Assembly (NCBI GenBank): GCA_044229975.1
Contig: JBGARZ010000015.1
Location: 128,001-192,000, forward strand
Direction: 5' to 3'
DNA length: 64,000 nucleotides
Source: Polyangiales bacterium
GTDB lineage: Bacteria; Myxococcota_A; Polyangia; Polyangiales; Ga0077539
Position numbers and translations under genes: made by a program
Notes under the pieces: model-generated
The model's database searches: none
The model's input: only the letters and a program-made list of their open reading frames with translations
What the model was told of the DNA's origin: nothing
Shown: one piece after another, positions 55,538 through 64,000 of the stretch
Layout: every line of letters starts with the position of its first letter
Position numbering within the stretch: position 1 is the stretch's first letter

Positions 55538-58187
55538 CGAGCGAAAACCGCTCCTCCGCGCGCTGCCTCGACGCGCGCCCGAAGGCCCGTCGTCGCGCCC
55601 CGTCGCTCGCCAGCTCGATCAACGCATCGCCCAGGGCCCGCGCATCACCGCGCTGCGTGACGAGCCCGTTGAGCCCGTGCTCGACCTGCTCGCGCGCCCC
55701 GCCCGCGTCGGTCACCACCAGCGGGAGCCCCATGGCCATCGCTTCGAGCGACGCGTTGGGGCAACCCTCGGGCTCCGACACCATCGCGAACACGTCGAGC
55801 CCATCGAGAAACGCGCCCACGTCCGAACGCTCGCCCACCCACTCCACGCGCAGCCCCGCGGACCGCGCCCGCAGCGCCTCGGCGTACGCGTCGCTCCCCG
55901 TCTCCACGCCACCCGCGATGCGCAGCACGTGCGGCGGCAATCGCGGCGCCGCATACGCGAGCGCGTCGACGAGCTCCTCCAGCTTCTTCTGTGGCGAGAT
56001 GCGCGCCGTCGTCCCGATGACCAGCAGCCCGCCACCCGAGCCGCGCGCGGTGGCCTCCGGCAGCACGACCCCATTGGGAATCACCCGCACCGGCGCGCCG
56101 AGCTGCCCGGCCCGCGGCGCCTCGGCGGCGTACTTCACCACCAAGGCCGCGAGGTGACGGCCGTAGTCGAGCGGCGAGCACACCGGCAGATCAGCGCCCG
56201 CACGCCGCCCCGCGAAGTACCGCTCCAGCGACGCATAGAACATCTCCCCAGGGCTCACATCCACCACGCGCACCCCGACGAGCGCGTCGGCGAGGCGGAG
56301 CTTGTGTTCGGCGAGGGTGTTCCAGAAGAGCACGGCGGCGGGTGGTTGCTCGTCCATGGCGGCGAGCAGTTGCTCCACCGCGGCCGCCGGGGACATCGCG
56401 TGCGGCGGCGGTATCGCCAACACCGGAATGCCTGCCTCCACCAGCGCGCGTCGACCCGCCGTCGGCCGCTCGGGCTCCTCCTGCAAGGTCGCGGCGCGCA
56501 CCGTCACGCCTCGCGCCGCCAGACCCGTGAGCAGTCGCCGCGCGGACGACTGCGCCCCGCCCATGGAGAAGTTGTTGGTGACCAGCCACACGGTGCGCGC
56601 GTCACCCGTCGGTCGCAGCGCGTGGCGGTACAGGCGCGCGTGGCGATGGGCCATCGCGGACGTGTCGTAGCGCGAGCGCAGCGCGTCGTCGGTCGCACGC
56701 GGACGAGCCGCGGCCATCACCGCCGCGGCGAAGACCTCCGGCGTCGCGTCTTCGGCCACGAGGCGGACCGATGCGCTCACGTCGGCGATCTCCCGCGCGC
56801 CGCCCACGTCGGTGGTGACCACGGGGAGCCCCGCCGCGAGGGCTTCGAGCTGCGCGAGGCTCAAGCCCTCGTAGGCGCTCGTCGAGACGAAGACGTCGGC
56901 CGCTGCGAGGTACGTCGGAACGTCCGTCGTCGAGTCGACGCGGTGCACCCGCGACGCGACGCCGGCTTCGTCGATGGCGCGGGAGAGCGCTTCTTCCGCG
57001 ACCCGGGCCGGCGCGCTGCGGCCGTGGCGGTCGCCGACGATGACGAGGTGGGCGGGTCGGTCGCTCACGGCGTCGAGCGCGGTGAGCACCGCGGGCAGTC
57101 GGTCGAGGCGCTTCTGCGGGCGCGGGTTGGCGACGGCGACGAGCACCAGCGCGCCATCGAGTCTGAGCGCGCGGCGGGTCTCGGCGACGGGCGCGAGCGA
57201 CGCGCGGCGGGTGGTGTCGTCGAAGGCGATGCCGTTCCAGGCGGTGCGGATGCGAGCGCGGGGGAGGTCGGCGGCGACGAGGTCGGCCTCGACGGCGAGC
57301 GAGCAGGCGACCAGCAGGCGGGCGTCGTCGGCCGCGAGCGCATCGAGCGCGGTGGGCCATCCGGGGCGCGCGTTGTGAACCGTCACCAAGGGTGCCATCC
57401 CGAGCGCCGCGAGGGCGCGCACGGTGGGCGTCGCGATGAGGTGGGCGTGGATGAGGTCGGCGCCGAAGGCGGTGGCTTCGATCACGAGGGCGCGGGCGAC
57501 GGCCTCGGGGTGGTGGCGCGCGGCCGACAGGTCGACGACGCCGGGCGGAAGCGCGAAGGGCGTGCGCGCCGGGCGGTCGACGGTGCACAGGCGCATCGCG
57601 AACCCGCGGCGGGTGAGGGCGACGTGCAGGTCGAGGGCGATGCGTTCGGCGCCGCCCTGCTGGAGGCTGGTGATGGCCTGCACCACGCGCACGTCCGCGT
57701 CGAAGGAGGCATCGAGCAGCGGGACGCGCACCTTGCGCACCGCGCGCAACGAGCCGAGGGCGGAGCCGAGCGGGCGACCGTCACCGAGCGCGTCACCGAG
57801 CGCGCGCGCGGCGGCCGCATCGAGCCACGCGCTCACGATGGGGAGCGAATCCCAGGCGGCTGCGGAGAGGGCGGAGAGGTCGCCGCCGGTCGAGGCGATC
57901 GCGGTGCGCCACGGGTCGCTCGCGACGCCGGGGGAGGTCAGGGAGGCGCCGAGCGCGCAGACGGGACGTCCGGTCTGGCTCGCGGGGAGGGTGAGCGCGG
58001 TGCGGGTGAATCCGAAGGCGCCCGCGCGCACGAGGTAGACGGGCGAGACCGCGGTGCGGAGCGCGGCGGCGAGCGACGCAGGGCCATGGACGACGGCGTC
58101 GGCCGCGAGGGCGCGGAGGGTGCGCGGCGCGAGGTGGGCCCCGCCGCGATCGGCGAAGACCAGGACGTCGGGGCGTCGGGTCGACAT
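55497..58187 (-). CDS. Double GT-B (GT4-like) glycosyltransferase
   Basis: Two modules: GGAERIA...EGLSLAQLEA and GGAQSSA...EGCPNASLEA. Confidence 0.88.
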   Translation of the reverse strand: MSTRRPDVLVFADRGGAHLAPRTLRALAADAVVHGPASLAAALRTAVSPVYLVRAGAFGFTRTALTLPASQTGRPVCALGASLTSPGVASDPWRTAIASTGGDLSALSAAAWDSLPIVSAWLDAAAARALGDALGDGRPLGSALGSLRAVRKVRVPLLDASFDADVRVVQAITSLQQGGAERIALDLHVALTRRGFAMRLCTVDRPARTPFALPPGVVDLSAARHHPEAVARALVIEATAFGADLIHAHLIATPTVRALAALGMAPLVTVHNARPGWPTALDALAADDARLLVACSLAVEADLVAADLPRARIRTAWNGIAFDDTTRRASLAPVAETRRALRLDGALVLVAVANPRPQKRLDRLPAVLTALDAVSDRPAHLVIVGDRHGRSAPARVAEEALSRAIDEAGVASRVHRVDSTTDVPTYLAAADVFVSTSAYEGLSLAQLEALAAGLPVVTTDVGGAREIADVSASVRLVAEDATPEVFAAAVMAAARPRATDDALRSRYDTSAMAHRHARLYRHALRPTGDARTVWLVTNNFSMGGAQSSARRLLTGLAARGVTVRAATLQEEPERPTAGRRALVEAGIPVLAIPPPHAMSPAAAVEQLLAAMDEQPPAAVLFWNTLAEHKLRLADALVGVRVVDVSPGEMFYASLERYFAGRRAGADLPVCSPLDYGRHLAALVVKYAAEAPRAGQLGAPVRVIPNGVVLPEATARGSGGGLLVIGTTARISPQKKLEELVDALAYAAPRLPPHVLRIAGGVETGSDAYAEALRARSAGLRVEWVGERSDVGAFLDGLDVFAMVSEPEGCPNASLEAMAMGLPLVVTDAGGAREQVEHGLNGLVTQRGDARALGDALIELASDGARRRAFGRASRQRAEERFSLVRMLDDYEALLAT

Positions 58188-58206
58188 CGGGCGACGTGGG
58201 GATCGC

Positions 58207-59664
58207 TCAGTACGCGGGCGGGTCGTACCCGGACCACGCAGGCACCGACGGGACTTCGTGGTGCGTGGTGTGGTGATCGTGCGCGGAGTGCGCGGAGTGT
58301 TGGTGGTGATGCGAGGGTTGGAAATCGTGTTGCTGGTGCGACGCGTGGTGGTCGTGCTGGTGGTGGACGTGAACCACCGGACGCGGCGGGATCACGCCGA
58401 CGACGGTGAGCGTGGTGGGCGTCGCGCCGGTGTAGACGAAGTGCCCCACGGCGCTGTGTTCGTAGGCGATCTGGTCGTCGTGCAAGCGGTTGCGGGCGCG
58501 GTAGGAGTAGCGGATCAGCGAGCCATTGAAGGACGCCGGCGCATGGATGCGAAACCCGTCCGACTGCGGGACGAGCTTCACGTCACGGGCAGACTTCCGG
58601 TTGCGGATGGACCACACCACCATGCCGAGCCCGGCGAGGAGCACCACGACGTAGCCGAGGCCGACGCCCGTGTTGTCATCCACGTTGGACGGCGCGACCG
58701 AGGGCGGCGGTGGCTCCTGATAGACGGGCGGCTGTGGCTGCGGTGGCGGTGGTGCCTGAACGACCGGCGCGGGTGGAGCCTCCGCGTCGACGACCACGCG
58801 CAGGCCCATGTCGGCGTTGCGGCTCCCGGGCGTGCTGCGTGATCGCGCGGCGCAGCGCCCGCTGTCGAGCGAGCGCAACCACGATCCACCGCGCAGCACC
58901 CGGCGCGCGGGCTCACCCGGCGGCGATCCTGCCGTCGTTTGCTGCGGGTCGGTCACGCTGCCGGCGGGGTAGGGGGCGTACCAGTCGGCGGTCCACTGCT
59001 GGACGTGGCCCACCATGTCTTGCAAGCCCAGCGGGTTGGCCGCCCGGCCTCGCGGGTCGCGGGTTCCGTTGCCGCTCCCGTCGCGAAACCACCCCGCCGC
59101 GCGGCCTGCGTTGTCGCCCTCGCCGTTGTAGTAGGCGGTGGTGGTCCCGGCGCGGCAGGCGAGCTCCCACTCGGCCTCCGTGGGCAATCGCACCCGGCGT
59201 CCGGTCTGCGTCGAGGCCCACGCCGTGAAGCGCGTCGCGTCGCCGAAGGTGAGCAGCACGGCCGGGTGCTCGTCGGTCTGTGGGAAGCCCGGCGTTCGCC
59301 AATGGAAGTCGGGGCGCTGAACGAGGGCACGCCCGTCGAAGCCGTAGCCTCCCGAGCGCCCGGTCTCGGACTCGGTGCGGTACCCGGTGGCGTCGACGAA
59401 GCGCGCGAACTGCCCGCGCAGCACGGGCACCTCGGCCATGTAGAAGTCGCGGGTGATGGTGACGTCATGCGGGGTCTCGTCGGCGCCTCGGCCCCGCTCA
59501 TTGGCGGGGGAGCCCTGGCGGAAGGTCGCCGCGTGGACGAGAACGAGCGTGAGGTGGTGCCCGCCGCCGAGGTCGAGTTCGAGTCGCTCGGGCCAGGCCG
59601 CGGCCGCGCGACTGGCGAGCAGGAGAGCGACGGTCGCGAGGGCGGTGCGTGCGGGGCGCGTCAT
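58207..59664 (-). CDS. FGE-sulfatase (SUMF1/EgtB/PvdO)-domain membrane protein with His-rich tail
   Basis: RLPTEAEWE, DMVGHVQQW, RGGSW, GLRVV; signal peptide, Pro linker, TM and His-rich C-terminus. Confidence 0.85.
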   Translation of the reverse strand: MTRPARTALATVALLLASRAAAAWPERLELDLGGGHHLTLVLVHAATFRQGSPANERGRGADETPHDVTITRDFYMAEVPVLRGQFARFVDATGYRTESETGRSGGYGFDGRALVQRPDFHWRTPGFPQTDEHPAVLLTFGDATRFTAWASTQTGRRVRLPTEAEWELACRAGTTTAYYNGEGDNAGRAAGWFRDGSGNGTRDPRGRAANPLGLQDMVGHVQQWTADWYAPYPAGSVTDPQQTTAGSPPGEPARRVLRGGSWLRSLDSGRCAARSRSTPGSRNADMGLRVVVDAEAPPAPVVQAPPPPQPQPPVYQEPPPPSVAPSNVDDNTGVGLGYVVVLLAGLGMVVWSIRNRKSARDVKLVPQSDGFRIHAPASFNGSLIRYSYRARNRLHDDQIAYEHSAVGHFVYTGATPTTLTVVGVIPPRPVVHVHHQHDHHASHQQHDFQPSHHHQHSAHSAHDHHTTHHEVPSVPAWSGYDPPAY

Positions 59665-59716
59665 CGGGTTGCGACGGTACCGCAGTGCTGCCGCGGTCGT
59701 GTACCTCGCGACCCGG

Positions 59717-60616
59717 TCAGCGCGCCCGGCGGAGAAAGCTCACGACCTCGGCGTTCATCACGCGGTGAAACGCGGGGCGGTCGAAGCCCGGCGGGTCTTG
59801 CGACGGTGCAAACGACGGGTCGCACATCGCCGCGGGAAACGGGCTGAGAAACGCGTAGTGCCCGCCGCCCTCGACGACGCGGTGCTCGACCCGCCGCGGG
59901 TCGCGAACGCCTCGCAGCACGACCTCTGAGTTGAGCCCCAGCGCGAGCTCATCGTCCCCTCCCGTGAAGAGCAGCACCGGCACGTCGACGTCGCTCAGCG
60001 CGTCGTCCTCCGCGCAGAACCACACCAGCGCCGGCGCGAGGAGCACCAGCGCCCGCACCCGCGCATCGGCCACGACATCGACCCGGCGGGCGACTTCATC
60101 CGCCGACTCGTGCGGCATCGACGTCGGGCGACCGCCCGCGACGGCGAGCGCGGTGTACCCGCCCATGGAGTGCCCGATGAGCGCGACGCCGTCCGTGGAG
60201 AGGTGAGGGCCCACTGCGGCATCTGCGAAGGCAGCATCGAGGCACAGGCGAACGTGGCGCGGTCGGTTGGCGAGGTTGGCCGCCGTCCCGGCGAGGCGAT
60301 CGTCGCGGCGGTTGTTGCCGGGGTGCTCGATGAGCGCAACCACGAAGCCCGAGCGGGCGAGGTGCGCCGCGAGGTCGCGGTAGACCCACGGGGAGCCACC
60401 CGTGCCGTGCGAGATGACCACGAGCGGGAGGCGGTCTCCCGCGACGGGCGCGTCGGTGGCTACGTCGAGCGGGTACGGTCCGAAGCGCCGCGTCTGGGCG
60501 GGGGACAGCGTCGGATAGAGAAACCACAGCGGCACATTGGTGCCCTGGACGTCATCGGTCGCGTTCGCGTTGCGGCAACCGACGTTCAGTTCGTGGTGGG
60601 CGTCGTCGTGAGTCAC
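59717..60616 (-). CDS. Alpha/beta hydrolase (dienelactone hydrolase-like)
   Basis: SHGTGG, GHSMGG nucleophile elbow, GHYAFL. Confidence 0.85.
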   Translation of the reverse strand: MTHDDAHHELNVGCRNANATDDVQGTNVPLWFLYPTLSPAQTRRFGPYPLDVATDAPVAGDRLPLVVISHGTGGSPWVYRDLAAHLARSGFVVALIEHPGNNRRDDRLAGTAANLANRPRHVRLCLDAAFADAAVGPHLSTDGVALIGHSMGGYTALAVAGGRPTSMPHESADEVARRVDVVADARVRALVLLAPALVWFCAEDDALSDVDVPVLLFTGGDDELALGLNSEVVLRGVRDPRRVEHRVVEGGGHYAFLSPFPAAMCDPSFAPSQDPPGFDRPAFHRVMNAEVVSFLRRAR

Positions 60617-60689
60617 GACGCGACGATGCCATGGGTCGAGGCGGGCGTGACCGCTGCGCGCCGCGCCAACGCTGCGGCGTGGGCCACGG

Positions 60690-62879
60690 CTACTCCCGCG
60701 CCGCCACGGTGTGCAGCCCCGCGCGAACGCCTTCGTACACCGCGCGCATCCGCGCCAGGTCGGCCGGGTGCGTCGCGGCCAGGTTGGTGCGCTCGCCCGG
60801 GTCTTCGGTGAGGTGGTACAGCTCGAAGCGACCGACGCCGCGCTCCAGCAGCTTCCACCCGCCGTCGATGACCCCGCGGCGCAGGCTGTTGTACGGGCCC
60901 TCGGGCAGCTCCAGGTAGATCGGCCGCGCGGGCGCCTCTTCCCCGCGCAGGTCCCCGGAGAGGCTCTCTCCCGACATCGCATCGGGCGTGCCCTCTGCTG
61001 GTCGCGGCAGCCCCAACAGACTCAACAGCGTCGGCGCGAGGTCGATCTGGCTGCGCGGCGTCGTCACTCTCCGCGGCGCCACCCCCGGCGCGTAGATGAT
61101 CCACGGGACGCGCACCAGCTCCTCCCACAGCTCCACCCCGTGCCACGACATGCCGTGCTCGGCGAAGGCCTCTCCGTGGTCGGCCGTCACCACCACGGCG
61201 GTGCGCCGCGCGACGTCGCCCGGCAACGCCTCCAACGCGTCGAGCACCCGCCCCACCTGCACGTCCGTGAACATCACCTCGCGGAAGTACTTCGCCCGCT
61301 CGCCGCGCCCGAAGAGCGGCAGCTCGGGGTGGTCGACGTACTGCTTGTGCGGGTCGAAGAAGTGCGCCCACACCATGAAGCGACCCGGCGTGCGCGCCGC
61401 CTCCTGCAACTGCGCGATGGCGCGATCGGCCACGCGGTTGTCGGCCGCGCGGGTCTCCTGCTCGCCCGACGGCTGCGCGCTCATGTCCCAGGTGTCGATG
61501 CCCTGCGTGAGACCGAAGCGCGGCTCGAAGTAGAAGTGCGAGGCGGCGCCCGCCGTGCGAAACCCGGCCTCCCGCAAACGCTCGGCGAGGAAGACGTTGC
61601 TCGCGAGGTAGCGGGTGAAGTGCTGCGCGTCGCGCGGACACTCCGTGGGGTAGCGCCCCGTGAGCATCGGACCGATCGCCCGCCCCGTGTACGAGCTGAT
61701 GGCGTAGGCGTGATCGAAGACCACCGAGCGCGCCGCGAGCGCGTCGAGCCGCGGGGAGATGGGGTTGGGGTTGCCCGCGTAGTGGAGGTCCCAGCGCAGC
61801 GTGTCCACAGTGATGAACACCAGGTTGTCGATGCGCGGCAGCGCCGGGGCCGTCGCCGACGGAGCGCTCTCCACGGGGCGCACCCGACGGGGAGGCGCCA
61901 CGGCGTCGCGACCCGAACAGTCCTCGTCGACGCCGTTGCCGGGGAGGTCGGTGGCGCCGGGGTTGATGGTCGCGTCGCGGTCGTTGCAGTCGCCGCCGCC
62001 GAAGCGGCGCGCGAAGCCGTCGTGGTCGCCGTCGGTTCGCTTGCGGAGGAGACGAAGCACCGCGCGAGGGAGGGTCGGTCGCGCGTCGATGTCCACTGCG
62101 ACAGGGCTCGCGCCGAAGCGCGTGGCATCGAAGGCGAGCGCTCCACCTGCGAGCACCGTCACCGCGGCGAAGGCGGGGAGCGCGCGACGGCGGAGTGCGA
62201 CGGCGAGCACCAGGGCGAGAGCGCCGATGCCCAGGAGCTGGAGCACGGGGGTCAGGTCGAGCTCGGGCTTCTTCAAGACGCCGAAGCCCGAGAGGAGGAG
62301 GGCGGCGCGGGTGAAGGTTCCGTCGGGGTTGCCCCAGTAGACGCCGTGGGCGGCGGTCGCGACGGCCAGCGCGAATCCGATGGCGGCAGTGCCCGCGAGC
62401 AGCGTCGTGACGGGATGTCGCGCGGGCAGCCGGGGCGCGACGAGGCGGATGATTGCCGCAAGGGTCGCAAGGGTCGCAAGGGTCAGAAACAAGAGGGCGA
62501 AGGACTGCGCGAAGGAGGCGAGACCGACGTGGTGATAGGCGGTGAGGAAGTGCCGTCCCGCGAGGGAGACGAGGCCCATCCAGAGCACAGCGGCTGTTGG
62601 TGCGACGAGGAGCGAAGCGCCGACGGTTGCGGCGCGTGGATCGGCCCACGCGCGCAGTCGCTCCAGGCGCGCGGGTGTCGCGAGGAGCGCGAAGGGGACG
62701 AGTGCCGCGCCGACCACCGCACCTGGGACGACGAGCAGCCCGGCGAGGCGGAGCGCGAGGTCGAGGTGCTGGCCCGACGGGGCGCGCGCCGCGGAGAGGG
62801 TGCCGACGAGGAGACCGGCGAGCGGTCCAGCGGCGAGGGGGAGGAGGGCGCGCTCGATGGCGCGGGACGGTCGGCTCAC
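60690..62879 (-). CDS. Membrane-bound sulfatase/alkaline-phosphatase-superfamily hydrolase or transferase
   Basis: Multi-TM N-terminus, DCND...PGA...GNGVDEDC motif, ITVDTLR, HFFDPH, TADHGE. Confidence 0.85.
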   Translation of the reverse strand: MSRPSRAIERALLPLAAGPLAGLLVGTLSAARAPSGQHLDLALRLAGLLVVPGAVVGAALVPFALLATPARLERLRAWADPRAATVGASLLVAPTAAVLWMGLVSLAGRHFLTAYHHVGLASFAQSFALLFLTLATLATLAAIIRLVAPRLPARHPVTTLLAGTAAIGFALAVATAAHGVYWGNPDGTFTRAALLLSGFGVLKKPELDLTPVLQLLGIGALALVLAVALRRRALPAFAAVTVLAGGALAFDATRFGASPVAVDIDARPTLPRAVLRLLRKRTDGDHDGFARRFGGGDCNDRDATINPGATDLPGNGVDEDCSGRDAVAPPRRVRPVESAPSATAPALPRIDNLVFITVDTLRWDLHYAGNPNPISPRLDALAARSVVFDHAYAISSYTGRAIGPMLTGRYPTECPRDAQHFTRYLASNVFLAERLREAGFRTAGAASHFYFEPRFGLTQGIDTWDMSAQPSGEQETRAADNRVADRAIAQLQEAARTPGRFMVWAHFFDPHKQYVDHPELPLFGRGERAKYFREVMFTDVQVGRVLDALEALPGDVARRTAVVVTADHGEAFAEHGMSWHGVELWEELVRVPWIIYAPGVAPRRVTTPRSQIDLAPTLLSLLGLPRPAEGTPDAMSGESLSGDLRGEEAPARPIYLELPEGPYNSLRRGVIDGGWKLLERGVGRFELYHLTEDPGERTNLAATHPADLARMRAVYEGVRAGLHTVAARE

Positions 62880-62895
62880 GGGATGGCGGGTGTGT

Positions 62896-63675
62896 TCAGG
62901 TGCCCTTGAACGCGGGCGGTCGCTTCTGGAAGAACGCCGTGATGCCTTCGATGCAGTCGTCCGAGCGAAGGCACTCGGTCTGCGCGGCGCCCTCGTCGCG
63001 GAAGGCCGCGTCGAAGGTCTTGGAGAGGCCGCTCCGCACGAGGCGCTTGATGTGCGCGATGGCGATGGGCGGGCCGTTGACCAGCTTGTCGGCGACGGCG
63101 GTGACGGCGGCGTCGAGCTCCTCGGGGGCGACCACCTTCGCGACGAGGCCGAAGTGCAGCGCGGCCGCGGCGTCGAGCTTCTCGCCGAGCAGCGTCAGCT
63201 CCAGGGCCTTGGAGAGGCCGACGAGGTGGGGGAGCATCCAGGTTCCGCCGCCGTCGGGGATGAGGCCGATGCGAACGAAGCCCTCCTGGAAGTACGCGCG
63301 CGACGAGGCCACGCGCAGGTCGCATGCGAGCGCGAGGTCGCAGCCGAAGCCGTAGGCCACGCCGTCCACCGCCGCGATGGTGGGGAGCGGCGACGAGACG
63401 ATGGCGCGCACGAGGTCTTGAAAGTGTCCGAGGTGCGACTCGACCTCGTTGCGCAGGTCGGGCCCCGCCGCGACCGCGTAGCGCAGGTCGGCCCCCGAGC
63501 AGAAAGCCCCGCTGCGCCCGACGATGATGATGGCGCGCGCCTTCGCCTCGACGGCGCCGTCGACGCCGGCCTTGAGGGCGGCGAGCACGTCGGGGTCGAG
63601 GGCGTTGCGGCAGTCGGGGCGGTCGAGGGTGATCCAGCGGGCGCCGGCGCGGTCGTCAACGGATACGGCGGCCAT
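62896..63675 (-). CDS. Enoyl-CoA hydratase/isomerase family protein
   Basis: FCSGADL, AAVDGVAYGFG, GLIPDGGG, FFQKRPP. Confidence 0.92.
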   Translation of the reverse strand: MAAVSVDDRAGARWITLDRPDCRNALDPDVLAALKAGVDGAVEAKARAIIIVGRSGAFCSGADLRYAVAAGPDLRNEVESHLGHFQDLVRAIVSSPLPTIAAVDGVAYGFGCDLALACDLRVASSRAYFQEGFVRIGLIPDGGGTWMLPHLVGLSKALELTLLGEKLDAAAALHFGLVAKVVAPEELDAAVTAVADKLVNGPPIAIAHIKRLVRSGLSKTFDAAFRDEGAAQTECLRSDDCIEGITAFFQKRPPAFKGT

Positions 63676-63677
63676 GA

Positions 63678-64000
63678 TCAGAGGTCTCCTTTGGGTTTGG
63701 GGTCGTCGGGCGTCCCGTCCGCGAAGGTCGAGCGCGAGAGGGGGTTGATGTCGGGCATGACCACGCGAGGCACCCTCGGTGGCGGCGGAACCGGGTCCTC
63801 CGCGAGGTCGAGCTGCGCGATCTCGACGGTGTGCATCGGGCCGTCGGTCGCGGGCATGGCCGTGTAGAAGCGGGTGGAGCGGTAGTAGTCGACGGCCTCG
63901 CCGACGAGCACGCGCAGCACCGACGCGACGGGGATGGCTGCTAGCAGGCCGACGAAGCCCATGAGCTTGCCGCCCGCGAGCAGCGCGAGGATGACCCACA
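63678..64000 (-). CDS. AI-2E family transporter, C-terminal part (runs off the window)
   Basis: WVILALLAGGKLMGFVGLLAAIPVASVL motif. Confidence 0.75.
   Translation of the reverse strand, partial: WVILALLAGGKLMGFVGLLAAIPVASVLRVLVGEAVDYYRSTRFYTAMPATDGPMHTVEIAQLDLAEDPVPPPPRVPRVVMPDINPLSRSTFADGTPDDPKPKGDL

Noticed and set aside
58207..62879. FGE-domain gene plus sulfatase as a sulfatase-maturation pair
   Set aside because: The FGE domain lacks the catalytic cysteines and the sulfatase lacks the CxPxR target motif

Overview
Very GC-rich bacterial DNA, most likely from Myxococcota (inferred from a MYXO-CTERM-like tail, Asp/Val/Pro-rich lipoprotein linkers, Cys-rich repeats and a Ser/Thr kinase-AAA fusion). 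About 52 CDSs are supportable. No rRNA, tRNA or CRISPR array was seen. The standout is a four-gene cassette at 45264-49051: two paralogous radical SAM/SPASM enzymes resembling PlpX-type spliceases flank two colinear small proteins. Each small protein has a Zn-ribbon, an internal lipoprotein signal (Cys62 in both) and an acidic tail, and together they carry seven X-Y-G-x-P motifs. This suggests post-translationally spliced, beta-keto-amide-decorated lipoproteins made without a PqqD/RRE helper. Other notable items are a CarH-type B12 photoreceptor divergent from a crtI-crtB-cruA-like-acyltransferase carotenoid operon, an IS630 carrying a passenger HTH gene and an RBS-sequestering hairpin, a putative nucleotidyltransferase toxin-antitoxin pair beside a Zn-phospholipase C/beta-barrel fusion, a doubly disrupted lipoprotein pseudogene, and three long intergenic inverted repeats. 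All calls come from motif reading by eye, no searches were run, and several start codons were re-chosen from the ORF track.
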